A DNA stretch of 64,000 nt. Origin: Erysipelotrichaceae bacterium (GTDB lineage: Bacteria; Bacillota_I; Bacilli_A; Erysipelotrichales; Erysipelotrichaceae). Location of the stretch: contig JAFRCV010000018.1 of the NCBI GenBank assembly GCA_017404205.1, forward strand, positions 9,029 to 73,028, written 5' to 3'. Made by a program: the position numbers and the translations under genes. Under the pieces are notes generated by a model. That model had not been told where the DNA came from. It worked only from the letters and a program-made list of their open reading frames with translations, and searched no databases. This document shows, one piece after another, positions 8,979-19,445 of the stretch (position 1 is the first letter of the stretch; each line of letters opens with the position of its first letter).

Positions 8979-10700
8979 ATGATTGGTTTTTGCACAAATT
9001 GTGGAAGTAAACTAAGACAAAATGTAAATTTTTGTCCTAGATGTGGAGCAAAAGTAATTGAAGACATTAGCAATGAAAAAATAAATAAAGAAAGTGTTGT
9101 TAAACTAAACGACAATAATAATGGCTATATTGAGCAAAATGATGATTTACTCTTTGTAAACAAACAACCGAAAAGGAACAAAGCTTCAATACCTGCAATC
9201 ATAATACTAATCCTTTGCATTCTTATTCCATTGATTATAACTGTTGATTATTGTGCTAGTAGTATTGGCACCGCTTCTAATTCTTCTAAAAAAGAAAACT
9301 ACGAAGTCGCCACTATTGAGCACAAGTATACTTTTGACAATCCTTTAACATGGAACAATATTGCAACATATTATACAGAAAGCGGGTGGAAGCTAACCAA
9401 AAACGATGATGGAACTTATACACAATTGTCTCCTGACGAAAAGAGCCTATTAAAATTTTATAATACTACATATACTGATGGTGATACGATATCTGATGAG
9501 GATATGTATTATCTTCTAGTTCAAAAAATTAAAAATATTAAAGCCTTTTCAGATTTGGAAGAAATTGAATACACGGAAGAAACAACATCCAATGGAATAA
9601 AATGTATATTTGTTTTTAATAATTATCATGATATAGAATATGGAGTCGCTTGTATAAGATTCGATAAAAAGCATGCAGCATGCATTATTTATGCTTCAGA
9701 TTTATATAACGATTGTGAACAATATTTAAAAGATTTTGTTAATCATATCTTGCCATATGCAAACAACGATAATAAAACAGTCAAATCCTCATCGCCTATG
9801 GCTAATGGTGCTAATCTTTATACTAAGTCGTCAAAAGATATGAATATTGGTGATGCTGTTGCTTATGATAATCTATATGTTGGTTTATCTTATGTCAAGA
9901 AGAGTGATCACTGCACTTATTTATATAATTATAAAAACTTTGCTCCTTCTGGACATGATTATATTTATGCGTTTGTAGAAGTTTTGAATACAGGGAAAAA
10001 ACCAATAACCATTCTTGATAGTGATTTCTCAATGTATGCTGATTCACAAAAAATAGAAGGCATAACAGATTTTATCTTTTCTTGTAAAGAAGACAAAGTA
10101 GTACAAAACTACAGTTATGAGTTAGATCCTGGCATGAGGGCATATATATTATTAGATTTTGAAGTTGATAGCGATTGGCAGGAATTGGATTTCTTTTATC
10201 AAAATAACAATTGGCACTTAACAAAAAATGATGTTTCTACTTCATCTTTTGATAGGAAGTCTATTTTCAATTACACGTTAAATGAGCCTTACAATAAAAC
10301 TGGTGATATCGTTGGTATTGGAAACAACTATACTATAACTTATGACAATGTCACTTTGAAAAAGGCTGGTGACTATTTTTCAGATGATGATTATGTTATA
10401 TTCATGTACACAATTCAAAATAATGGCAATTCTCCACTTGATTTGTCGCTAGTTGGATACAAAATGAGAGCTTACCAAAACGGAATATTATTAGGAAATG
10501 CAGAATATTTGCTTAATCAAGATACCATTAATGGTTATACAAACATATTCAGCGTTGACAACATTCAGGGAGGAATGAATGCAAAATTATTTGTGGCTTT
10601 CCCTACAGAAAGTTTTGAAGGATCATTTTACACAACATTAGATATGGGATATGCAAATAACGAAATAATAGGACATGTAAATATTGAAAAAGCACAATAA
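8979..10700 (+). CDS. Zinc-ribbon membrane-anchored protein with two DUF4352-like extracellular domains
   Basis: CTNCGSKL...CPRCGAK is followed by a TM helix (IPAIIILILCILIPLIITV). Two beta-rich modules resemble DUF4352 (YIYAFVEVLNTGKKPITI and YVIFMYTIQNNGNSPLDL). The track start at 8976 is TTG. I prefer the ATG at 8979, which follows SD AAGGAAGG. Confidence 0.65.
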   Translation: MIGFCTNCGSKLRQNVNFCPRCGAKVIEDISNEKINKESVVKLNDNNNGYIEQNDDLLFVNKQPKRNKASIPAIIILILCILIPLIITVDYCASSIGTASNSSKKENYEVATIEHKYTFDNPLTWNNIATYYTESGWKLTKNDDGTYTQLSPDEKSLLKFYNTTYTDGDTISDEDMYYLLVQKIKNIKAFSDLEEIEYTEETTSNGIKCIFVFNNYHDIEYGVACIRFDKKHAACIIYASDLYNDCEQYLKDFVNHILPYANNDNKTVKSSSPMANGANLYTKSSKDMNIGDAVAYDNLYVGLSYVKKSDHCTYLYNYKNFAPSGHDYIYAFVEVLNTGKKPITILDSDFSMYADSQKIEGITDFIFSCKEDKVVQNYSYELDPGMRAYILLDFEVDSDWQELDFFYQNNNWHLTKNDVSTSSFDRKSIFNYTLNEPYNKTGDIVGIGNNYTITYDNVTLKKAGDYFSDDDYVIFMYTIQNNGNSPLDLSLVGYKMRAYQNGILLGNAEYLLNQDTINGYTNIFSVDNIQGGMNAKLFVAFPTESFEGSFYTTLDMGYANNEIIGHVNIEKAQ

Positions 10701-10837
10701 ATGTCTATATAGCATGACAAAATAATCCACTTTTATACAAGGCTTTTTGATGTATATGGTTATTATGCGCATCATAAAACTCCTTGTATTATAAATACAG
10801 AATAGTGCCAACAACAATAATAAACTATAATAAATAT

Positions 10838-11779
10838 ATGCAAAACATCTTTCCTTATACATTAGATAATAAAAGATACCATACATTTAATTATTATTTA
10901 AAGAATAAATATAATGCTAAGGTAGCCAAAGTCATCATTGATGGTCATTTCACCTGTCCAAATCGTGATGGCAAAAAAGGACTAGGTGGTTGTATATATT
11001 GTTCAAATAATGGCAGTGGTGATTCAAATATAAATATCAAGGAAGATGTTTTAACTCAATATATAAGAAATAAGGAAGTAATGGATCATAAATGGCCAAA
11101 TAAGTTATATATTCCCTATTTCCAATCTTTTACTAATACCTATGGCCCACTTGAAAAGATTAAAAATATGTTGGAGCCATTTATCGATAAAGAAGAAGTA
11201 TGTGAAATATCAATTGCGACAAGATGTGATTGTTTAAATGAAGAAATAGTCAATTATTTAGATAGTCTATGTCTAAAAAAGCCTATTTGGTTAGAACTAG
11301 GCTTACAGACAACAAATGATAAAACAGGAGAATTTATTAATCGCTGTTATGACTTCGATGATTTTTTAAAAGCTATTGAACTATTAAATAAGACAAAAAT
11401 AAAAACATGTGTTCATATCATCAACGGCCTTCCTTATGAAGAAAAAGAAGATATGATAAAAACCATTAAAGACATCAATCATTTAAAATTTGATGCGATT
11501 AAAATACATATGCTTCATATCATTAAAAACACCAAATTAGCTCAAATCTATAAAGATAAACCTTTTAAAATTTTGACTAAAGAAGAATATGTAAAGATTG
11601 TGGTTGAACAATTAGAATTATTAAGACCAGAACTTATTATTGAAAGATTAACTGGTGATCCAATAAAGGAAGATCTAATTGAACCAGAATGGTTATTAAA
11701 TAAAACTAGTGTCTTAAATGAGATTGATAAATTGATGGCCAAACTCAATACTTATCAAGGAATAAAATATAAAGATTAA
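10838..11779 (+). CDS. TIGR01212-family radical SAM protein (YtqA-like)
   Basis: DGHFTCPNRDGKKGLGGCIYC is the cluster motif characteristic of this family. The start was moved to the ATG at 10838; the track start is a TTG-initiated extension. Confidence 0.85.
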   Translation: MQNIFPYTLDNKRYHTFNYYLKNKYNAKVAKVIIDGHFTCPNRDGKKGLGGCIYCSNNGSGDSNINIKEDVLTQYIRNKEVMDHKWPNKLYIPYFQSFTNTYGPLEKIKNMLEPFIDKEEVCEISIATRCDCLNEEIVNYLDSLCLKKPIWLELGLQTTNDKTGEFINRCYDFDDFLKAIELLNKTKIKTCVHIINGLPYEEKEDMIKTIKDINHLKFDAIKIHMLHIIKNTKLAQIYKDKPFKILTKEEYVKIVVEQLELLRPELIIERLTGDPIKEDLIEPEWLLNKTSVLNEIDKLMAKLNTYQGIKYKD

Positions 11780-11780
11780 T

Positions 11781-12311
11781 ATGCGAACTAATACATTTGT
11801 CCATAAATATTTAAAGGGATTAATTAATAAAGAGGACATCGTTGTCGATATGACTGTTGGCAATGGTAACGATACCCTTTTATTATGTCAATTGGCCAAA
11901 GAAGTAATTGGCTTTGATATAAATGAAGAAGCCATTATTAATACTGCTAATCGAGTTAAAGATTATTCTAATGTAAGACTCATAAAAGACAATCATATCA
12001 ATATTGATTTATATTTAAATGAAGGCATTAAACTATTTATCTTTAATCTCGGTTATTTACCACACAGTGATAATCCAAGCACCACCAAAGCAAGTGAAAC
12101 TCTAATTGCCTTTAAAAAAGCATATTCATTATTAAAAGATAATGGTTATATTATTATCACTTTCTATTTAGGACATAAAGGTGGCTATGATGAATATTAT
12201 TTATTAACTGATTATTTTAAAAATAATGATATTAATGTGATTGAAAAGTATCAAGCTCATTCATCATTAAAAGAACCAATAGTTTATATTATTAAAAAAG
12301 TGACAACTTAA
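11781..12311 (+). CDS. mnmM: Class I SAM-dependent methyltransferase, YtqB/MnmM-like
   Basis: VVDMTVGNGNDTLLL is a SAM-binding motif. Size and position directly after the ytqA-like gene match Bacillus. Confidence 0.65.
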   Translation: MRTNTFVHKYLKGLINKEDIVVDMTVGNGNDTLLLCQLAKEVIGFDINEEAIINTANRVKDYSNVRLIKDNHINIDLYLNEGIKLFIFNLGYLPHSDNPSTTKASETLIAFKKAYSLLKDNGYIIITFYLGHKGGYDEYYLLTDYFKNNDINVIEKYQAHSSLKEPIVYIIKKVTT

Positions 12312-12448
12312 TGTCACTTATTAATCTAATAATTCCATCTATAACAATGTTTGGGTTGATGATGTTAAAAGTATCACATCATGTAATACAAACATGCTAC
12401 AAAAAACTTGCCAGATGTAGAAATTCTATTATTTGATAAAATAGGGTT

Positions 12449-13267
12449 ATGAAAAAGAAGTCTTTATATATTTTGATTATAAGTATTGTTTTGTGTATAT
12501 CCTTATTATTAATAAATATGTTAATAATAAATCCAAAGCAATTAAAGATAAGAGAAGAAACAGTAATCACTAATGACTCTAATCTTGATGGTTTATTGAT
12601 TGCCTATTTTAGTGATATACATTACGGCAATAATTTTAATGAAAATAATCTAGATAAAGTGCTAAACAAATTAAATGAATTTAAACCTGACTTAATTATT
12701 TTTGGTGGTGACTTATTATCTAATATCAAAAAAGGTAATGAAGATTATTTAAAAGAAGCTTTAAGCAATTTAAAACCGAAATATGGAAAGATAGCTGTCA
12801 TGGGTGATGATGATTATTTAAATGATAGAGCTTATAATATATTATTAGAAAGCAATTTCTCTATATTAAATAATAGTCATAAGAAAATCAATATCAACAA
12901 TTCTTTTATTAATGTTGTAGGAATTGAAGCACTTATAAATGGTAATCCAAACATTGAAAATGCCTTTGAAGGTATTAACGATACATATTACACAATTTCT
13001 GTAAGTCATTGTCCTGATATTGTGAATAGATTGGGCGATTTAAAAACTAATTTATTCTTAAGTGGGCATAGTCTTGGCGGACCAATATATATTCCATTAA
13101 TTAATTATTTATATCGACCTAATGGTGCTAAAAATTATTATCATGGAAAATATAAGATTGAAAATATGGTATTAGATATAAGTAATGGTGTTGGAACCAT
13201 TAAAAAAGACATCCGTTTATTTGCGGATGCCGAAATTGTTTTTTATCGTTTTAAGAAGAGTAGCTAG
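12449..13267 (+). CDS. Membrane-anchored metallophosphoesterase (YkuE/calcineurin-like)
   Basis: N-terminal TM helix, plus the motifs FSDIHYG, GGDLL and GHSLGG. Confidence 0.8.
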   Translation: MKKKSLYILIISIVLCISLLLINMLIINPKQLKIREETVITNDSNLDGLLIAYFSDIHYGNNFNENNLDKVLNKLNEFKPDLIIFGGDLLSNIKKGNEDYLKEALSNLKPKYGKIAVMGDDDYLNDRAYNILLESNFSILNNSHKKININNSFINVVGIEALINGNPNIENAFEGINDTYYTISVSHCPDIVNRLGDLKTNLFLSGHSLGGPIYIPLINYLYRPNGAKNYYHGKYKIENMVLDISNGVGTIKKDIRLFADAEIVFYRFKKSS

Positions 13268-14502
13268 CGATTAGCTACTTTTTCTATATCTTCAATACTC
13301 TTAGGAATCTCAATTGACAATACTTCACAACCATCATCAGTTATTAATAAATCATCTTCAATTCTAATTCCTAATCCTTCATCTTCAATATATAAGCCTG
13401 GCTCATTTGTGATAACGTTGCCTTTTTCTAGTGTAATTGGCATACCACTGCCAACATCATGAGTATCTAAACCTAAATAATGAGATACACCATGGAAATA
13501 ATATTCACTTACATCTTTATTTAAACCATGTTTTGGCAGTTCTTCTTTATAGAAATCAACAACCATTTGATTCAATTGTCTTAAAGTTATACCTGGTTTA
13601 GCATTTTCTTCAACAATTTTTTGAGCTTTTAAAACAACTTCATAGATTTCTTTTTGACGATCACTAAATTTTCCATTAACTGGGAAAGTTCTTGAAATAT
13701 CTGCACAATAATTCTTATATGTTGCGCCAAGATCACATAAGAACATTTCACCATCATGCAATTTTTGATTATTATCATGATAATGCAGGATAGTCGCTCT
13801 TTTACCGCCTGCGCAAATTGTATCAAATGCCGTATTCTTACATAAATTTTGAGCTAGTACAAAATTAAATAAGCCCTCAAGAGTCATTTCATTGACACCA
13901 TCTTTTATTAACGCCATCATCTTTTTAATTCCGGCATTTGTGATATGAATGGCTTTTTTAATACAAGATATTTCATATTCATCTTTAACAAGACGCATTT
14001 TACATATTTTAGAATAAATGTCTTTAATTTCTACAGCTGGATGTTTTTCTTTAACATCCTTGGCAAAATTAAGTGCAGGTGTTAAGGCTTGATTTGCATC
14101 ATAATGCCATAAATCTAAATAAAGTTTATGTTCATCATTATGTCTATAACGATTAAAAATAGAAGCCATAAATGATGGAAAATCTTCATAATCATTAATG
14201 TTGCTGATTTCACTTATCTTTTCAGCATCTTCTTTTAAAATTCTGCCACCAACCCATTTAGCCATATATTCATCATATGGAAGAATAAACAAATATTCTC
14301 TTGTATCGTTTCCAACTTTATTTAAAACTAGAACCATTGATTCTTCTTCAAGCCCAGTCAAATAATAGAAATTACGATTTACTGAAAATGGATAAGATTC
14401 ATCTTCTGATTTATTAATTGATAAGCCCGAAAATAAAACTACTGTTCCATCAGTTTCAATACTGTTTAATAACTCTTTTCTTCTTTTAGAATAAACGTTC
14501 AT
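13264..14502 (-). CDS. Xaa-Pro aminopeptidase (M24B family)
   Basis: Creatinase-like N-domain plus M24 metal ligands (DLGATY..D, HGVSH, EPG, EDD). The ATG at 14502 lies 7 nt after AAGGAGG. The track start at 14508 is a TTG too close to the SD. Confidence 0.85.
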   Translation of the reverse strand: MNVYSKRRKELLNSIETDGTVVLFSGLSINKSEDESYPFSVNRNFYYLTGLEEESMVLVLNKVGNDTREYLFILPYDEYMAKWVGGRILKEDAEKISEISNINDYEDFPSFMASIFNRYRHNDEHKLYLDLWHYDANQALTPALNFAKDVKEKHPAVEIKDIYSKICKMRLVKDEYEISCIKKAIHITNAGIKKMMALIKDGVNEMTLEGLFNFVLAQNLCKNTAFDTICAGGKRATILHYHDNNQKLHDGEMFLCDLGATYKNYCADISRTFPVNGKFSDRQKEIYEVVLKAQKIVEENAKPGITLRQLNQMVVDFYKEELPKHGLNKDVSEYYFHGVSHYLGLDTHDVGSGMPITLEKGNVITNEPGLYIEDEGLGIRIEDDLLITDDGCEVLSIEIPKSIEDIEKVANR

Positions 14503-14514
14503 ATTCAATCCTCC

Positions 14515-15711
14515 TTAATATAACTGTTCATCATTTTTATCTTCATAAGATAGTTTATATATTTCGTCGCCTTCAAGACATTTTTCAATTAATGTTTCAT
14601 AATCAAATAATGATTCAAAATATAAACAATCTTTTTCTTTAGGTTTTGTAACTGGATTTTTAGGTTCAAATATTGTGCAACAATCTTCAAATGGCAAGAT
14701 TGAAGTTTCATAAGTGCCAATCTTTTTAGCCAATTCAATGCTTTCGATTTTATCCATCATACACATTGGACGCATAATTAATGTTTCACACACTTTAGCT
14801 ATAACAGAAATACTTTCTGGTGTTTGTGAAGCTACTTGACCAACAGATTCTCCATTAGTAATAAGTTGAATCTTTCTTTTTTTACAAAGTCTATCGGCAA
14901 TACGATACATCATTCTGCGCATAATCGTAATCGCATAAGCTTCTTTGGCGTGTTTATATATTTCTAATTGTAGATCTGTAAATGGAATAACATGAACAAT
15001 GATATCTCCTTGATAAACGCTTAACATCTTCGCCAAAGCAAATACTTTATCAAGTGCTTGTTTAGAGGTATATGGTTGACTTGCGAAATGAATACATTCA
15101 ATTCTTAATCCTCTTTTCATTGTTAAATAGGCAGCAACAGGTGAATCAATACCACCCGACATCATTACCATCGCTCTACCATTAATACCCGTTGGATAGC
15201 CACCAATTCCCTTTATCTTTTCATCCATTAAAATGATGTCATCTTTTTCAACTACGATATATATCATTAAATCAGGATTGTGAACATCTACTTTCAACTG
15301 ACTGTTTTTTAATATATGTGCAGCCACCTGTCTATTGATATCATCACTTCTTAATGGAAAGCTTTTATCACTTCTTCTTGTGTTGATTTTAAATGTTTTA
15401 TATTCTCTTTTTAAAGCTAATTTTAATGCTTCATTTTTTACTAATTGCAAATCTTTATCAACAATCAATGCTCCTGAAAAATATGCGTAACCAAAGACTT
15501 GTTTTAAATCTTCCTTTATTGATTCAAAGTTTTCACCATTTAATTTAATAAATAAGCCATCATGTAATGTCTTATATTCAAGACTTGGATAATGTTTAAG
15601 TCTTGTCTTAATATTAGATGTTAAAGCTTTAGTAAAGTCTCTTCTATTTTTTCCCTTTGTTGAAAGTTCACCATAACGAACAACAATATGATCATAAATT
15701 AGGTTAGACAT
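14515..15711 (-). CDS. thiI: tRNA 4-thiouridine(8) synthase ThiI
   Basis: THUMP-like N-terminus and the PP-loop SGGIDSPVAA. Confidence 0.9.
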   Translation of the reverse strand: MSNLIYDHIVVRYGELSTKGKNRRDFTKALTSNIKTRLKHYPSLEYKTLHDGLFIKLNGENFESIKEDLKQVFGYAYFSGALIVDKDLQLVKNEALKLALKREYKTFKINTRRSDKSFPLRSDDINRQVAAHILKNSQLKVDVHNPDLMIYIVVEKDDIILMDEKIKGIGGYPTGINGRAMVMMSGGIDSPVAAYLTMKRGLRIECIHFASQPYTSKQALDKVFALAKMLSVYQGDIIVHVIPFTDLQLEIYKHAKEAYAITIMRRMMYRIADRLCKKRKIQLITNGESVGQVASQTPESISVIAKVCETLIMRPMCMMDKIESIELAKKIGTYETSILPFEDCCTIFEPKNPVTKPKEKDCLYFESLFDYETLIEKCLEGDEIYKLSYEDKNDEQLY

Positions 15712-16816
15712 ATTTCTTTATATCCTCCTTTAGACATTCAATAAAATAATCAATTTCTTCTTTTGTGTTTTCATAATCAAATGAAATTCTTATTGCATAG
15801 TCTTCATCTACACTAATGGCTTTTAATGCCCTATTTAATTCATTCTTCTTAGAGCCACAAGTTGATTTACTTGAAACCATAATTCCTTCATTATTTAAAG
15901 CATTTAATAACACTTCGCTTTTAATTGGTGTTGAAATGTTAACTAATGTAGAGATACCATTATCAAGATTAATTCTTGCTTCAGGAATTTCTTTTAATCT
16001 TTCTTTAAAATATTTATATAATTCATCAATTTCTTTATAGTTAGATTCTCTATTTTCTAAAGCAATTCTTAAAGTTTTGGCTAAAACAATATCGACAAGG
16101 GCATTTGAAGTACCACCTCTAATGCCAAATTCTTGTTGGCCACCATTTATTAATGGTAATATTTCAACATGTTTTTTCTTAACTAACACGCCACTTCCCT
16201 TTAAACCATGTATCTTGTGTGCTGAAAAGCTAGCCATATCGATATCTTTTAAATCTACATCAATCTTTCCTAAACCTTGCGTAATGTCTGTATGGAAATA
16301 TGTGCCAGGATGTTTTTTGACAATTTCTTTTATTCCATTAATATCATTGATAGCACCTATTTCGTTATTCACTAACATGATGCTGACAAGTATTGTGTCT
16401 GGCCTTAGATTCTTTAAAACATCTTCTTTATTTATTTGCCCCTTTTCATTAGGAGATAAGTAAGTAATTTCATAGCCAAAATCATTTTCTAATTGTTTTA
16501 ATGCATTATGGACACTTGAATGTTCGTAGATAGATGAAATAATATGTTTTTTATTTGGGTTTTTTAAAGCTAGGCCTTTGATGGCTGTGCTATTTGCCTC
16601 ACTTGCCCCACTTGTAAAGATTATTTCTTCTTTTTGAACTTTTAAAAGTCTAGCGATATTCTCTCTAGACTTTTCTAACATGTTATAAATTTGTACACCA
16701 TCATCATATAAAGCATCAGCATTACAATAATAAGCATCTAACAATTTCTTGTAAGTATCTAACACTTCTTTATTGATCTTGGTTGTTGATACATTGTCAA
16801 AATAAATTTTTTTCAT
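15704..16816 (-). CDS. Cysteine desulfurase (NifS/IscS/NifZ class V aminotransferase)
   Basis: PLP lysine context SAHKIHGLKGSG and active-site Cys loop SSKSTCGS. It is paired with thiI, as in Bacilli. Confidence 0.9.
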   Translation of the reverse strand: MKKIYFDNVSTTKINKEVLDTYKKLLDAYYCNADALYDDGVQIYNMLEKSRENIARLLKVQKEEIIFTSGASEANSTAIKGLALKNPNKKHIISSIYEHSSVHNALKQLENDFGYEITYLSPNEKGQINKEDVLKNLRPDTILVSIMLVNNEIGAINDINGIKEIVKKHPGTYFHTDITQGLGKIDVDLKDIDMASFSAHKIHGLKGSGVLVKKKHVEILPLINGGQQEFGIRGGTSNALVDIVLAKTLRIALENRESNYKEIDELYKYFKERLKEIPEARINLDNGISTLVNISTPIKSEVLLNALNNEGIMVSSKSTCGSKKNELNRALKAISVDEDYAIRISFDYENTKEEIDYFIECLKEDIKKYV

Positions 16817-18519
16817 TAAATATTCTCTAAATAAGTTGAACTTTTTCGATTAGGAAAAAGCTTTTCCATACAAGCTATCGACATTGTCAATGCTTTTGTA
16901 TATTCGCCATTCAAATATGATAATTCAGCTCTTGATAAATCTCTTTCAACTTCAGGATGACTTGAACGGTATTTATTGCCAAAGACAATGGCGTTTTCTA
17001 CCATAATGGCCATACCAACGATATTATTTACATTGTTGTAGAAAGTGAAAATAAAATCTATTGTTTCATCAAGCGTAGAATTCAATAATTCTAGATTTAA
17101 TGGAACTTCAGCTAATAATTCTTTTATCTTAGCAACTTTTTCTCTTCCTTTTACTAAATCATCTTTATATGAGTCCGCAATTGCTGGTAAATGGTATTCT
17201 AAAACTTTAACTTCTACTTCATTTAAAACAACTTGTAACTTCATCAATTGATCTTTAGCTCTTTGTTCGTCAGTTGTATTCTTATCAAAAGTAGCTTTAT
17301 ATTTAGTCAAAATATCTTTATTAGTCTTAATTCTTTCATTTAACTCTTCAATTTCTTTAAAGATTTCACTTGCTGGACGCATATTATCAGCTATATCACC
17401 ATTTATAGCGATATAAGTTGCTTGAAAATCATTTGTAGCTTTTGTGTCATCTTTTAGATATGTATCAATGTCTTCAATGCCAAAGCGTTCCTTATCTTTT
17501 TGATATGCTTTTTCAACATAATTATGTAATGATTTAATTTCATTTATTTCATTAGCAATTTCATCGCTTTTGGCTTTTAAAGAAACATAATAATTATTTT
17601 CATTATTTAGAGCATTTAATAATCCATTTAATTTTTCTTTATAAACTTCAAGATGTTCTTTTACTTCGCCAATATTTCCTTCACTAAGTGTCTTAACATC
17701 TTCATTTAAAGCTTTCTGTATAGCTTCCATTTCTGAATCAATATTTAAATGTTCAGTATAAACACCTCTTTGTCTAGCTAAAGCAAATTGTCTATTTGTT
17801 TCATCTAATAATGCAGGAATAGCTCCTTTCGCATCTACTACAAGTTCTGGCAAAGAAATAATTGAATTTTCAATGTCATTTAAAGCATCATCAATCTTTT
17901 TTAATGTTTCTTTGGAACTTGTATAATCATTGATATATATGAATTCTTCTGATTGTGAAAACAATTCTTCTACTGCTTCAACTTTCTTTTCAACGCCACC
18001 TAAAGAAATAGCTAAAGTATTGGCATTTTCATTAATATATAGTTTTTCCTTACGAAATTTTTCTTTTAACTTACTTGAATTATCTCTTAATATGGTTTCT
18101 TCTTCAGAGAATTTCTCCAAGAATTTATCAATTTCATCAACTTCTTTTTCGCTTTGATCAAGGTTTTCCTTTGCTTCTTCAATGATTGCTCTTGCGTTAT
18201 AAAAGTTTTTTTCTGACAATTCATCTTCAAGATCTTCTAATAATGAAGAAATCTGATCAATATGTTTTTGGGCTTCTTCATATTTTTCATAATATGTCTT
18301 TACTTTATCAGCAGTTTCAGCATTTCTTTTCGCAATAGCTTGTGCCTTATTAATCTTAAATGCAAGCGGAATTGTCTTAATCGCGTTAAAACGAAAATGT
18401 AAGTCATCTACATCCTTTTTTAAATTAGATTTACGAGTATTATTAATAATGATTAAGACTAATATTATCGCTATTACAGCTAAGGCAATTATAAGGATTA
18501 ATTTTACTTGATCAGACAT
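16816..18519 (-). CDS. ezrA: Septation ring formation regulator EzrA
   Basis: N-terminal TM helix, then about 540 aa of coiled-coil. Position upstream of the desulfurase-thiI pair matches Bacilli. Confidence 0.85.
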   Translation of the reverse strand: MSDQVKLILIIALAVIAIILVLIIINNTRKSNLKKDVDDLHFRFNAIKTIPLAFKINKAQAIAKRNAETADKVKTYYEKYEEAQKHIDQISSLLEDLEDELSEKNFYNARAIIEEAKENLDQSEKEVDEIDKFLEKFSEEETILRDNSSKLKEKFRKEKLYINENANTLAISLGGVEKKVEAVEELFSQSEEFIYINDYTSSKETLKKIDDALNDIENSIISLPELVVDAKGAIPALLDETNRQFALARQRGVYTEHLNIDSEMEAIQKALNEDVKTLSEGNIGEVKEHLEVYKEKLNGLLNALNNENNYYVSLKAKSDEIANEINEIKSLHNYVEKAYQKDKERFGIEDIDTYLKDDTKATNDFQATYIAINGDIADNMRPASEIFKEIEELNERIKTNKDILTKYKATFDKNTTDEQRAKDQLMKLQVVLNEVEVKVLEYHLPAIADSYKDDLVKGREKVAKIKELLAEVPLNLELLNSTLDETIDFIFTFYNNVNNIVGMAIMVENAIVFGNKYRSSHPEVERDLSRAELSYLNGEYTKALTMSIACMEKLFPNRKSSTYLENI

Positions 18520-18639
18520 TTAATTCTCTCCTAAAACTAATAAATATTATACTATTATTGTTTTCTTTAGACAAAGCCCTAAATTAGTATACAAATTTAA
18601 AAAAATCTATTATTTAAATTGACTAAGTAAACAATAATT

Positions 18640-18801
18640 TGATAACATTAATAAGCACGTTAGAAGACGCATGTAAAGTTTTCGAAACAAGCGTTAATAG
18701 CCATTTGGCAGATTAGTAGCTTAGCGTAAAAAGTGAAAATTGTATATTGACACTCTTCGAAGATGATTTACACCTCTAACTGATGAAAAGGAGGAACAAA
18801 T
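18640..18801 (+). promoter_or_regulatory. Candidate structured 5' leader of rpsD (possible S4 autoregulatory leader)
   Basis: The promoter-like TTGACT-18-TAACAT at about 18620-18650 leaves a leader of about 150 nt. GTTAGA near the 5' end can pair with TCTAAC just before the SD. Internal TTCGAA palindromes are present. Confidence 0.3.
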
Positions 18802-19407
18802 ATGGCAAGAAACACTGGTCCAGTATGGCGTATATCTCGTCGTTTAAACTTCTCTATTCTTGAAACAGAAGAAGAATTAGCTAAACGTCCATATATTCCA
18901 GGACAACATGGTAGCCCAAGCAAAAGAATTAAACAATCAAACTATGGTTTACAACATGCTGAAAAACAAAAAATCAGACATATGTATGGCCTAAATGAAA
19001 AGCAATTCTATAACACTTACATTAGGGCTTCTAAGATGGCAGGCGTTACTGGTACTAATCTATTAATTCTTCTTGAATCAAGATTAGATAACTTAGTATA
19101 TCGCATGGGCTTTGCAAGAACTAGACGTGGTGCTAGACAACTTGTAAATCATGGTCACATCTTAGTAAATGGTAAGAAGGTTGATATTCCTAGTGCACAA
19201 ATCAAACCTGGTTCTACCATTGAAGTTAAAGAATCTAGTCGCAACAATGCTGCTATCGCTGATGCTTTAGAAGCAACTGCTTACTTCAAAGATTATGTTG
19301 AAGTAGACAAAGACGCTAGAAAAGGTAAATTCGTTAGACTACCTGAAAGAAAAGAATTAAATACTAAAGTTAACGAATTACTAGTTGTCGAATACTACAA
19401 TCGATAA
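18802..19407 (+). CDS. rpsD: 30S ribosomal protein S4
   Basis: MARNTGPVWRISRRL... with an S4 domain; 201 aa; strong SD AAAGGAGG. Confidence 0.97.
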   Translation: MARNTGPVWRISRRLNFSILETEEELAKRPYIPGQHGSPSKRIKQSNYGLQHAEKQKIRHMYGLNEKQFYNTYIRASKMAGVTGTNLLILLESRLDNLVYRMGFARTRRGARQLVNHGHILVNGKKVDIPSAQIKPGSTIEVKESSRNNAAIADALEATAYFKDYVEVDKDARKGKFVRLPERKELNTKVNELLVVEYYNR

Positions 19408-19412
19408 TAACT

Positions 19413-19445
19413 AAAAAAGAGATGATTAATTCATCTCTTTTTTTA
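19413..19445. terminator. Bidirectional intrinsic terminator between rpsD and gmk
   Basis: AGAGATGA-ttaat-TCATCTCT stem flanked by A-run and T-run. It overlaps the gmk stop. Confidence 0.6.

Noticed and set aside
12311-12436. A 41-codon ORF (MSLINLIIPSITMFGLMMLKVSHHVIQTCYKKLARCRNSII) starting at a TAATG overlap with the mnmM-like stop.
   Set aside because: It has no SD and no recognisable family, and a frame this short is easily produced by chance in AT-rich DNA. It would need conservation or ribosome-profiling evidence.
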